Shown here piece after piece: positions 1 to 8,334 of a stretch of DNA of 29,818 nt. Position numbers and translations under genes: made by a program. The notes beneath the pieces were generated by a model that made no database searches, was not told the origin of the DNA, and worked only from the letters and a program-made list of their open reading frames with translations. The first letter of the stretch is position 1. The number at the start of each line of letters is the position of its first letter. Origin of the DNA: Candidatus Coatesbacteria bacterium. Lineage in GTDB: Bacteria > B130-G9. The DNA lies in the NCBI GenBank assembly GCA_016929465.1, contig JAFGIT010000203.1:1-29818 (forward strand). The letters are read 5' to 3'.

Positions 1-2
1 GA

Positions 3-431
3 ATGGTGCTCGACATCGCTCGCGCTTTCTTCCATGCCGACATCAATGGGGTCCTGCAGCCGCGCAGGCAGCGGCGTTTCTTCGCAATAGTCGATGGCTT
101 CATCGCAGGAGAAGGTAATGGACCCATGGCGCCGGGACCACGCCAGGAGGGGATTGTGATGGCGGGGCAGGATCCGGTTGCGTTGGATTGGACCGCTGCC
201 CAATTGATGGGTTTCGATCCACAGGCGATCAAGCTAATTGCAGGAGCAGCCGCACGGCACAGGCTTCCGATAGGGTCCTCAGAGAGGATCACACTCGAGA
301 CCAATTGCGTAGAATGGAAAGACGGGATAAGCCCGGAGCGCAGTTTGCGCTTTCTTCCGCCAAACTACTGGGATAGCATCGTAGCATGGAAAAAAGAGAA
401 TTCTGAGCCCAAACAGGACCAGGAGAATTGA
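3..431 (+). CDS. DUF362 domain-containing protein, C-terminal part (5'-truncated by window edge)
   Basis: Motifs IVDGFIAGEGNGP and GQDPVALDWTAAQLMGFDP match the DUF362 C-terminal signature. The ORF is open to the left edge. Its stop overlaps the next TTG start (TTGA, 428-431). Confidence 0.75.
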   Translation: MVLDIARAFFHADINGVLQPRRQRRFFAIVDGFIAGEGNGPMAPGPRQEGIVMAGQDPVALDWTAAQLMGFDPQAIKLIAGAAARHRLPIGSSERITLETNCVEWKDGISPERSLRFLPPNYWDSIVAWKKENSEPKQDQEN

Positions 432-1744
432 TCGAGTTCAAGATTAGAGACTTCCTGTATCCGAGGCGGCTCATCTACTGGCGGTGGTTGCTCTCTCGGA
501 GCCAATATTATTCGAGGGAGCGTCTGCAAACGCTTCAGTGGAGGCTCTTCTCGAAGATGCTCGATCACTGCTTCGAGAACGTACCGCACTACCGCGAATT
601 GTTCAGAAAACACGGGCTTGATCGCGCTGATTTCTCGGGACTGGATGACCTTTCGAAGATACCGATACTATCCAAGGACTATCTATTAGAGCACCACGAT
701 GAGTTCAAAGCCGACAACTTCACAGAATTTCACCCCAAGGCAATCCATACGAGCGGGACGACTGGCTCTCCGCTAACTGTCTATTGGGATAGCGATTCGA
801 ACGTCGTCGAATTTACCAGTATATGGAGACATTTTTCATGGCTCGGTTACAGATTGGGCGAGCCATTCTTGGACATCCGCAGCGTCATACTGGATGCCGC
901 GGAGGGATACAAATGGAACTACAAGTGCAGGGGGCTCGAATTCTCGTCCGACATAATCGATGAGTCGAACATACGAAGATACGCGGACCTCCTTCGCAAG
1001 TATCGCGTGAAGCTATGGCGGGGGCATCCGGCGGCGATCAGCGCCTTTTGCCACATTCTTGCCGAGGCGGGGATCGAAGATGTAAAGCCCAAGTACGTCT
1101 TCACCGCATCCGAAGCGGTCCTCGATCACCAGCGAAAATCGATCGAGGACTGGACCGGAGTCCCTGTCTGTGACAATTACGGCCTCAAGGAGCATAATGT
1201 CCTGATCACCCAGTGCCCACAGGGCGGCTATCATGTTGCCATGGAGTACGGCATCGTAGAGATCGTCAAGGACGATGGAACGCCGGCCGGCCCGGGCGAA
1301 GAAGGCCGTATCGTGGCAACCGGCCTTCACAACAAAGCATTTCCACTGCTCCGCTATGACACGATGGACTATGCGACGAGGTCCGATGCCTATTGCCCCT
1401 GTGGCAGGACGCTGCCTCTTGTGGAAAATCTGACCGGCAGAATCGACGACCGTGTCCTGACAGCGGATGGAAGGTGGGTCTCCGGCCTGCACTTTGCCTT
1501 CTTCCTTCCGAAGGGTATCAGGCGAGCGCAGCTCCTGCAGAAGGAGGAATTGGGGCTCGATGTCTATCTCGTTCCCAACCGCGAGTTTGCCGAAGATACG
1601 GCGAAGCTGCTTACGGCTGACCTCAAGAAGAAGCTCGGGGACGCGATGGAGATTCGCATTCACATGGTCGAAGAGGTCCCCTATCGCTCTTGCGGCAAGT
1701 TCAAATTCGTCATCAATCAGATGGACAAGAAGCCGCCCAAGTAG
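428..1744 (+). CDS. Phenylacetate-CoA ligase / CapK-like adenylate-forming (ANL) enzyme, 438 aa
   Basis: P-loop TSGTTG, YGLKE, G(E)EGRIVATGL, PLLRYDTMD, CPCGR and GRIDD motifs; C-terminal KFKFVI typical of the CapK/PaaK-like family. Translationally coupled to the DUF362 gene. Confidence 0.85.
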   Translation: MIEFKIRDFLYPRRLIYWRWLLSRSQYYSRERLQTLQWRLFSKMLDHCFENVPHYRELFRKHGLDRADFSGLDDLSKIPILSKDYLLEHHDEFKADNFTEFHPKAIHTSGTTGSPLTVYWDSDSNVVEFTSIWRHFSWLGYRLGEPFLDIRSVILDAAEGYKWNYKCRGLEFSSDIIDESNIRRYADLLRKYRVKLWRGHPAAISAFCHILAEAGIEDVKPKYVFTASEAVLDHQRKSIEDWTGVPVCDNYGLKEHNVLITQCPQGGYHVAMEYGIVEIVKDDGTPAGPGEEGRIVATGLHNKAFPLLRYDTMDYATRSDAYCPCGRTLPLVENLTGRIDDRVLTADGRWVSGLHFAFFLPKGIRRAQLLQKEELGLDVYLVPNREFAEDTAKLLTADLKKKLGDAMEIRIHMVEEVPYRSCGKFKFVINQMDKKPPK

Positions 1745-1770
1745 GCGCCTTCTAACGCGATAGAAGGCGC
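1745..1770. terminator. Hairpin between convergent genes (probable terminator)
   Basis: Perfect 10-bp stem GCGCCTTCTA / TAGAAGGCGC with a 6-nt loop right after the stop codon. A second imperfect hairpin follows (1775-1809). No clear U-tract. Confidence 0.45.
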
Positions 1771-1826
1771 AATAACGCGCTCAACCTCTGTCGATTGAGC
1801 GGAGCGCGTAAGTGAAGATGCCAGAA

Positions 1827-2093
1827 TCAGCTGGCAAAATAGCGATAATAGATGAAGAGAAGTATCCCGATAGCCGTCGCAAGCACGGCGTAGGCATAGA
1901 AGACTGACAGACTTCGATGAAAAAAGGTCAGAATGTACATGCCGATTATTAAACCGATCCCGACCGCGAAAATCGACGCGAAGACTCTTATCTCCCGCGG
2001 ACGTAATTTCAGCAGATAAACCAGGGCAAAGACACCGACGCATACAGCCAGGACCAGGATTATGAATTTGAAATCAAAGAACATCTCCATCAT
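1827..2093 (-). CDS. Small hypothetical membrane protein (about 88 aa, about 3 TM helices)
   Basis: Three hydrophobic segments separated by short charged loops (LKLRPREIR; HRS). ATG at 2093 is preferred over the TTG at 2111. A sigma70-like promoter lies upstream. Confidence 0.6.
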   Translation of the reverse strand: MMEMFFDFKFIILVLAVCVGVFALVYLLKLRPREIRVFASIFAVGIGLIIGMYILTFFHRSLSVFYAYAVLATAIGILLFIYYRYFAS

Positions 2094-2172
2094 CGCAGAC
2101 ACTTCCGCCAACCGTTCTTAATGCTTGCCAAAAAGAGCAAATAATTCTCTTGATTTGAATATCTCAACTGCA

Positions 2173-2200
2173 ATATTACACAGCGGTCAGGTCGCGTCAA
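2173..2200 (-). promoter_or_regulatory. Putative sigma70 promoter for the small membrane gene
   Basis: Minus strand TTGACG-N16-TAATAT. Confidence 0.45.
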
Positions 2201-2343
2201 GGGTCTGCTTCAAGCGGGGCCAGCTAATGGCAGGTTTGCTCGAGCCTGGGATTCAGCAGGATGAGAATTCGACTGAGATCGTCCCAGTCTCGGATGTCAC
2301 GCAGTTTTGACACAACCCGAATCTCCCCGTTCGGGATCAAGCC

Positions 2344-2362
2344 CTGAGAAAAGAATTCTCAG
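2344..2362 (-). terminator. Weak hairpin downstream of csrA
   Basis: CTGAGAA-N5-TTCTCAG 7-bp stem, 17 nt after the csrA stop; no U-tract. Confidence 0.3.
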
Positions 2363-2379
2363 CGATATCTGAAGATAGC

Positions 2380-2613
2380 CTAGTCTTTTTTCTGAGTTCC
2401 GAGCTTGGGCAACTTGATGGGTTGCTTCAAGGAGAGCTTGGCAGCGATATTCTCCCGCAATATCGCCTCATAGACCTCCTTCCTGTGGACGCTCAATTCC
2501 CTGGGCGCGGAAATCCCGATTCTAACCTCGTTGGCATTTATATCGACGACCATGATCTCTATGTCGTCGCCTATGATAATGCTCTCATCGCGCTTCCTGG
2601 TTAATACCAGCAT
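2380..2613 (-). CDS. csrA: Carbon storage regulator / translational regulator CsrA, 77 aa
   Basis: [20 protein letters not shown]...[19 protein letters not shown] is the CsrA signature. R44 and N55 are in register with B. subtilis CsrA and there is a C-terminal extension. The start overlaps the fliW stop (TGATG). Confidence 0.97.
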   Translation of the reverse strand: MLVLTRKRDESIIIGDDIEIMVVDINANEVRIGISAPRELSVHRKEVYEAILRENIAAKLSLKQPIKLPKLGTQKKD

Positions 2614-3071
2614 CAGCAGCCCGGATCTGCGTCGGGCAAGACCGGACATTTCACTGGTAGAGAGTTGTCCTCGAGAACCACTTGCCTTCCGAGACGTTCC
2701 TTTGAATTGATGATGATTGGTGCCCTGAGATTCATTCTCATTTTACTTGGGTCCTCTGGCACTACTACAATGGCAAAGACAACACCCTCGGAAGCACTCG
2801 TCAGGTTAAGCTTGCTAGCCGCAGAGGCCGGCAGCTCGACCACGTAGTCCGACCTAACGCAGACGGGATTAATCAGGAGGAATACCAGATTATCCTCATC
2901 AATGGATTGAAGCCAGACAAACGGGCTGTCCGCCTCGTGTGGCACCAGAATATACCTGGATGATTTCGGAAAGCCGAGTATGCCTTCCTCGAATCTGATG
3001 ATATCCTCGTCCCTATAGGTCACAGGCCCCGACGGGCTTGCTTCCTTGTCAATTCTGGTGTCCTTATCCAT
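2613..3071 (-). CDS. fliW: Flagellar assembly factor / CsrA antagonist FliW, about 152 aa
   Basis: [36 protein letters not shown] and GRQVVL motifs. SD GGAGA precedes the ATG at 3071. Coupled to csrA. Confidence 0.93.
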   Translation of the reverse strand: MDKDTRIDKEASPSGPVTYRDEDIIRFEEGILGFPKSSRYILVPHEADSPFVWLQSIDEDNLVFLLINPVCVRSDYVVELPASAASKLNLTSASEGVVFAIVVVPEDPSKMRMNLRAPIIINSKERLGRQVVLEDNSLPVKCPVLPDADPGC

Positions 3072-3123
3072 TTTGTCTCCACGATAGGTCAGGTTCAATA
3101 GATAGACGATCTCCCTGATGGCC

Positions 3124-3152
3124 TTATCGTGTCACACTCTCGCCATGTTTAG
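3124..3152 (-). promoter_or_regulatory. Putative sigma28 (FliA/SigD)-type promoter for fliW-csrA
   Basis: Minus strand CTAAA-N16-CACGATAA versus consensus TAAA-N15/16-GCCGATAA (-10 matches 6/8). Confidence 0.45.
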
Positions 3153-3153
3153 A

Positions 3154-4866
3154 TTAATCTTGCTCAAGTAGTCTATCCAGGGCTTCGCGGCTCTTCGCCA
3201 CAACGAAATCCCCGATGAAGAGAAAATCCATATCGGTATTTAAGAAGGACTTAACCGCGTCCTTGGGGTAGCAGACTATCGGGTCGCCTTTCTCATTGAA
3301 CGAAGTATTCAGCACCATCGGTATCCCGGTGAGCTCCTTGAACTTCGCGATCAGCTCGCGATAACGTCCGGGCAAATCCTTCGCGATCGTCTGCACCCTC
3401 GCGCTGCCATCCACGTGTCTGACGGAAGGCACCTTGTCTCCCATGCCGTCCTTGAATCTAAAGTTCAGCGTCATGAACGGACTCGGGAATGGATCCTCGA
3501 ACCAATCGGGAAGGTCCTCCTCCAGCACCGAGGGGGCGAGCGGCCTCCAGAGCGCTCTCGTCTTCACCACGTTCACGCGGTCCTTCATGTCGGGCGTGGC
3601 AGGACTTGCAAGGATGCTTCGCGTCCCGAGAGCCCGAGGGCCAAACTCCATCCTTCCCTGGAACCAGCCAATGATTTTGTTTCTGGCTAGCGCTCTCGCG
3701 GCAATCGAGACGACATCATCTCGCTTCTCATAGATCATTCCTTTGAGCGCGGGCTCGATCCCCTCATTGATGTACTCGTTGCCGTAGAAACAATGCCTCA
3801 TCTCTTCCTCGAAATCATAGCCGAGCTTCTCCAGGGCAAGGACCGCGGCACCGAGAGATGAACCCATATCCATCGCACCTGGCTGAATGAAGATATTCTC
3901 CACAAACGGGAGATCCAGGATTCTGCGATTCATGGGGCAGTTCAGTGCTACACCACCTGCCAGGCAGATGTTCTTGCACCCGGTCTCTTTGTGGACGGCC
4001 TTTGCCAGCTCGCATCCGGCTCGCTCCAGCAGTTCCTGAAGCGTTGCGGCGATATTTTTGTGAACCTGGTCTATAGGATCGTTACCGCGGCGCGCGTACT
4101 TCGCGAGCTTCCTCAAAGCGAGGAGATTTACTCGATAGTCGCCATCCTTTATCTCCAGGATGTCCTCGAATCTGGTGTCGTATTCTCCGTAAGCAGAAAG
4201 ACCCATCGTCTTCCCGACCTCAAAATTGAAGAATCCCAGAACGCCGCTTACAGTCCTGTAGATCTTTCCGAGCGACTGGAAAGACGGGTACTTCCTGATT
4301 GCGCGGAGTTTTGAGTCGTGACCATGCCATAGCGATGTTGGCGTGTCCTCGGACAGACCGTCCGCAACGATGATGCCCGCATCGTCAAAGCCCGAGACGT
4401 GGAACGCGCTCGCAGCGTGGCACAGGTGATGATTGAAGAAGAATACTCTCTTGAAACGAGTCCTCAGTTCCTTCAGGAAATTCCGACGCGAGAAGAGATA
4501 TGACGGTATTGCTGCATTCAACAGCTCCATCCCGACATCCTTCTCGGTAAATCGGTTGCGCATCGTCAATCCGAGAGGCGTCTTCAGGATGCTCTGCCAG
4601 ATAGTGTCATACAGCATCTTCAGCACTTGCAGGAAGTTGACATCGAACGAAATGCCTACAGCGTCAATGTCTGAATCCCTGAGGCCGTACGTCTCGAGAC
4701 ACCAGTCGATTGACATCTTAGGTGCGCCGCCCCCCAGCAGAAAGCCAGATATCTGCTTAATTCGAGTCAGACGTTCCTCCTCCATGAGCGCGATGACCTT
4801 ATTCTCATCGAGCAGGGCAACCGCCGTGTCATGGAGAATCTCATTTATACCAAGTACATATACCAT
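3154..4866 (-). CDS. Carbamoyltransferase, NodU/CmcH/TobZ family, 570 aa
   Basis: HDTAVAL, EEERLTRIK, HHLCHAASAF, LAGGVALNC, GRMEFGPRALGTRS, RPLAPS, HVDGSARVQT and LNTSFN motifs (Kae1-like plus YrdC-like domains). Confidence 0.93.
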   Translation of the reverse strand: MVYVLGINEILHDTAVALLDENKVIALMEEERLTRIKQISGFLLGGGAPKMSIDWCLETYGLRDSDIDAVGISFDVNFLQVLKMLYDTIWQSILKTPLGLTMRNRFTEKDVGMELLNAAIPSYLFSRRNFLKELRTRFKRVFFFNHHLCHAASAFHVSGFDDAGIIVADGLSEDTPTSLWHGHDSKLRAIRKYPSFQSLGKIYRTVSGVLGFFNFEVGKTMGLSAYGEYDTRFEDILEIKDGDYRVNLLALRKLAKYARRGNDPIDQVHKNIAATLQELLERAGCELAKAVHKETGCKNICLAGGVALNCPMNRRILDLPFVENIFIQPGAMDMGSSLGAAVLALEKLGYDFEEEMRHCFYGNEYINEGIEPALKGMIYEKRDDVVSIAARALARNKIIGWFQGRMEFGPRALGTRSILASPATPDMKDRVNVVKTRALWRPLAPSVLEEDLPDWFEDPFPSPFMTLNFRFKDGMGDKVPSVRHVDGSARVQTIAKDLPGRYRELIAKFKELTGIPMVLNTSFNEKGDPIVCYPKDAVKSFLNTDMDFLFIGDFVVAKSREALDRLLEQD

Positions 4867-5178
4867 TCATTAACCTCTAAAATTGCCTCCGAAAAGAGCC
4901 GGTAATCTCAATAAAGTCGTGCTCGAGATCACGAGCAAATCGAAAAATGCCAGATGTACTGCAAGTGATCAACAATAAAGGTCGAATAATGCCCTCATCG
5001 CCCGGACTTGCCGAATGTCAACGAGTAATTCCGACTTTGTGCCTCGGGCTTAATATGACGATATTGTGGAAAATGCTGACGATAATCCGAAGGGGATTCG
5101 GGCATCTCAGAGTACCTGGACCAATGAAACGTGCCTTTCAAAGCACGGCCTATTACGTCGATGGCAAATAAGAACTCA

Positions 5179-5207
5179 TTGACAAGAGCACGGAAGCTAC
5201 CTAACTT
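5179..5207 (+). promoter_or_regulatory. Putative sigma70 promoter for the DUF885 / GT-C genes
   Basis: TTGACA-N17-TAACTT. Confidence 0.6.
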
Positions 5208-5251
5208 GGATTTGCACACTAAATTGATGGAAACTCTCCTTAGGAGAAGCG

Positions 5252-6871
5252 ATGGACACATTTAAGCGATTAAGCGAGCAAATTACAGGGTTCCTCCTTG
5301 ACTGTCATCCGGTGGGGGCCACGCAAATGGGCCTACACGACAGGGACGGCGAGCTTGATGACATGAGCCGTCAGGCCATCGAGGACAAGATTGGAAGGAT
5401 TCGTGGCTTTATAACGGAGCTCGAAAAGATCGACAAATCGCAGCTCTCACTCAATGAAAGAGTGGACCTCGATGTGGTGAAGGCTGATTTCGAGCTCACG
5501 ATTAGAATGCACGAGCAAATCGACAATCCCTCGATAAACCCTACCATTTATCCTGCGCTCGGCATCTATGGCGTCCATTCTCTCTTCTCGCGAATTTCGA
5601 GCCCCGATGAGAGTAGGATCGCGGCTGGAACAGAGCGGCTTCGGAAATTCAGGCTTCTCCTTAGACAGGGCAAGGAAAACCTGAAGAGACCACCCAGGAT
5701 CTTCACAGAGATAGCGCTGGATCAAATAAAGGGCAGCTGCGGCTTTCTGATGAATTCGATCCCGAAGATAGCAGAGAAGGCGTCAAAGGGCGGTGAAGAG
5801 CTTCTCGCTGCGAACGACGATGCAATAGAGGCTCTGACCGATTACAGGTCATTCCTCGAGGAGGAAATTCTGCCGAGGTCTGATGGCGAGTTCGCAATCG
5901 GGCGAGACCTATTCGAGCTTAAACTGAGGTTGGGCCACTTCCTCGATCTCGACCTCGACACTCTGCTCGAGATCGGAAAGGAAACGCTTGCCAGGACCAA
6001 GGACGCACTTGCGGCAGCTGCAGCCAATATCGACAGCACCAAGAGCTGGCAGGATGTCGTGGAGAATATCAAATCGGAGCACCCACCAGCCGATGAGTTG
6101 AAGGAGACCTATCAGCGCTATATGCAGCAGGCAAAGCAGTTCGTCATCGATAAGGGCCTGGTTGATATCCCTGATGGCGAGGAGCTGCGTGTCATCGATA
6201 CGCCGGAGCCGTGGCGGCCAATCATTCCCTACGCGGCCTACAACATGCCCGGTCCTTACGAGAAGGAGCAGGTGGGCCTGTTCTATGTGACCCCAGTAGG
6301 CCAAGATATTTCCGCTGAAGCACAGGAGATGATACTCAGGGACCATTCGATACCGAACATTAAGGTGGTCGCCCTCCACGAGGCCTACCCCGGGCATCAC
6401 CTCCAACTCGTTTGTGCGAATAAATGGCCGGATATGCTGAGACATTTCTTCCATAATACCGTCTTCGTCGAGGGCTGGGCGCTTTACTGCGAGGAGCTCA
6501 TGCGTGAGCAGGGCTTCCTCTCGGATACCAAGAGCCTTATCCTTCAGCTGAAAGCGCAGCTCTGGCGCGCATGCCGCGTGGTCATCGATGCATCTATACA
6601 CACGAAGCAGATGTCCTACGAAGACGGAGTCAAGTTCCTCATGGATGAAGCGCTCCTTGCAAAGCCGAATGCGATCGCCGAGGTCAGACGATACACGACA
6701 ACCCCCACACAGCCGTTGAGCTACCTTATCGGCAAAGCCGAAATACTGAAGCTCAAGAAGAGAGTTGAGAGTGAAATGGGGCCCAAATTCAACTTACGCG
6801 AATTCCACAATAGACTGATAAGTTTCGGCTCGCTGCCGACCAAGTTCATAGCCGAATTGATTCTTCAATGA
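5252..6871 (+). CDS. DUF885 family protein (metallopeptidase-like fold), 539 aa, no evident signal peptide
   Basis: PVGATQMG..RDGELDD, HEAYPGHHLQ, EGWALYCE, QLWRACRVVID, EVRRY and QPLSYLIGK motifs. SD AGGAG. Confidence 0.9.
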   Translation: MDTFKRLSEQITGFLLDCHPVGATQMGLHDRDGELDDMSRQAIEDKIGRIRGFITELEKIDKSQLSLNERVDLDVVKADFELTIRMHEQIDNPSINPTIYPALGIYGVHSLFSRISSPDESRIAAGTERLRKFRLLLRQGKENLKRPPRIFTEIALDQIKGSCGFLMNSIPKIAEKASKGGEELLAANDDAIEALTDYRSFLEEEILPRSDGEFAIGRDLFELKLRLGHFLDLDLDTLLEIGKETLARTKDALAAAAANIDSTKSWQDVVENIKSEHPPADELKETYQRYMQQAKQFVIDKGLVDIPDGEELRVIDTPEPWRPIIPYAAYNMPGPYEKEQVGLFYVTPVGQDISAEAQEMILRDHSIPNIKVVALHEAYPGHHLQLVCANKWPDMLRHFFHNTVFVEGWALYCEELMREQGFLSDTKSLILQLKAQLWRACRVVIDASIHTKQMSYEDGVKFLMDEALLAKPNAIAEVRRYTTTPTQPLSYLIGKAEILKLKKRVESEMGPKFNLREFHNRLISFGSLPTKFIAELILQ

Positions 6872-6938
6872 TCAGGGCTTTCGTCTGCATCGATGGCCCC
6901 CATCCTGACCGGACGGCGGCCGTCACCGGAGGCTCAAA

Positions 6939-8315
6939 TTGACGAACTACATCAAGGACAGACGGATCGTCTGGCTCTTCGTTGCCGCCCTCGTCGTGCG
7001 ACTCTTCCTGGTCTTCATCCACACAGACGTAAAACTGGTCCACGAGATGAACGGATATAATTACGCCGCCCGATCGATGCTGGCAGGCAAGGGCTTTGTC
7101 TGCGTAGAGGACCGCGGCTACAGGGCATTTCTCCCGCCGGGGTACTCGTTCTTCCAGGCTGGCATATATTGGCTCTTCGGCCACAGCCTATTTGCGGCAC
7201 GGTTCATCCAGGCGATACTGGGCGCACTCACGGTCGTATTCACGTACATACTCGCGAGATACATGTTCGAAGACAAGGTAGCCATGCTCGGCGCGTGGAT
7301 ACTAGCATTCTACCCTCAGTCCGTGCAATTCGCCGATCTGATGCAGACCGAGACCGTCTTTTTGTTCTTCTTCATGCTCGCGATGATCTTCTTCTTTCAA
7401 TCGCTCGAGAGCGCCGATTGGAGGGCAATTCTTACCGCAGGCATTCTTCTGGGTATCTCCGCTCTCGTTCGAAGCATTATCATGTTCTACGTACCGCTCA
7501 TAATCGGTTTCCTCATCATCTTCAAGCGCGACCGCAGGATGATAAAAACCACCGTAATAGTCTTGCTCTTAATGGCTGCTGTCATCCTTCCCTGGACGAT
7601 CCGCAACTATGTCTTGCTCGATGCCTTTATCCCCATCAACACAAAGGCCGGATGGGATTTTTTCCAGCACAACCACTCGGATATGTATTACATAATGCGC
7701 AACCTGTCGGATGAGCCCGGCGAGGACGAGGCGGATAGGCTGGCTATGGACGAGAATGGGCATACGGACGAGGTCAAGCTGAGCCAGGTGTGCCAGAAAC
7801 TGGCCCTAAAGTGGATGTACGAACATCCACTCCTTTTTGTCTTCAAGGGCATCAGAATGCAGTGGAATTTGTATTCGATGGAAAGGACCTTCTTCGTGAA
7901 TCTGCGCCAGGGCTATTACGGAAATGTCCCCAAGTGGATGCTATTCATTGCCGGCCCATATATGGGATTGCCCTTCCTGCTCCTGCTGCCGCTCTCCGTG
8001 ATTGGCTTCGTCTATATGAGAAAGGACAATCTCTATTTGCAGATTATCCTGGTACTATTCGGCTACTTCAGCGCAATCGCATTCATGGCGTTCATGTTCT
8101 ACCGGCAGCGCTATCCACTCCTGCCGTTCTTGTGCTGTTTTGCGGCATACGCGATCCTGAAGAGGAAGGAGATCTTCGCCGACATCAAAAGCGCTCTTTC
8201 TGACCGATCAGCAAAGAAAAGGGCGATTATCGCATCCTCGCTGATCATATTCTTCGCGGTCGGCTGGCTCATCGATATAGGGATGAGCGTCGCGACCCTG
8301 CTCGATACTTTTTGA
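6939..8315 (+). CDS. GT-C fold membrane glycosyltransferase (family 39/83, PMT/ArnT-like), 458 aa
   Basis: Multiple TM segments; early loop HEMNGY...PPGY, ARFIQAILG, PWTIRNY and late RYPLLP motifs. TTG start with SD GGAGG. Confidence 0.8.
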   Translation: MTNYIKDRRIVWLFVAALVVRLFLVFIHTDVKLVHEMNGYNYAARSMLAGKGFVCVEDRGYRAFLPPGYSFFQAGIYWLFGHSLFAARFIQAILGALTVVFTYILARYMFEDKVAMLGAWILAFYPQSVQFADLMQTETVFLFFFMLAMIFFFQSLESADWRAILTAGILLGISALVRSIIMFYVPLIIGFLIIFKRDRRMIKTTVIVLLLMAAVILPWTIRNYVLLDAFIPINTKAGWDFFQHNHSDMYYIMRNLSDEPGEDEADRLAMDENGHTDEVKLSQVCQKLALKWMYEHPLLFVFKGIRMQWNLYSMERTFFVNLRQGYYGNVPKWMLFIAGPYMGLPFLLLLPLSVIGFVYMRKDNLYLQIILVLFGYFSAIAFMAFMFYRQRYPLLPFLCCFAAYAILKRKEIFADIKSALSDRSAKKRAIIASSLIIFFAVGWLIDIGMSVATLLDTF

Positions 8316-8334
8316 GGCCCCCGCAACTTCCGCA

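Noticed and set aside
1741-1770. GTAG + hairpin after the CapK-like gene as another REP
   Set aside because: The TAG is simply the stop codon, the sequence is unrelated to the 11870/11951 REPs, and it is a single copy; treated as a terminator-like hairpin.
2185-2362. CsrB/RsmZ-like small RNA next to csrA (contains CAGGATG and several hairpins)
   Set aside because: Only four GGA (2249, 2259, 2292, 2334) in about 180 nt, near chance expectation, not placed in repeated hairpin loops, and no convincing plus-strand promoter.
1013-6601. Other long antisense ORFs (e.g. 1013..1663, 4433..4873, 5909..6601), and similarly 26097..26753
   Set aside because: They lie opposite well-supported genes, as expected in GC-rich coding DNA, and have no recognisable domains.
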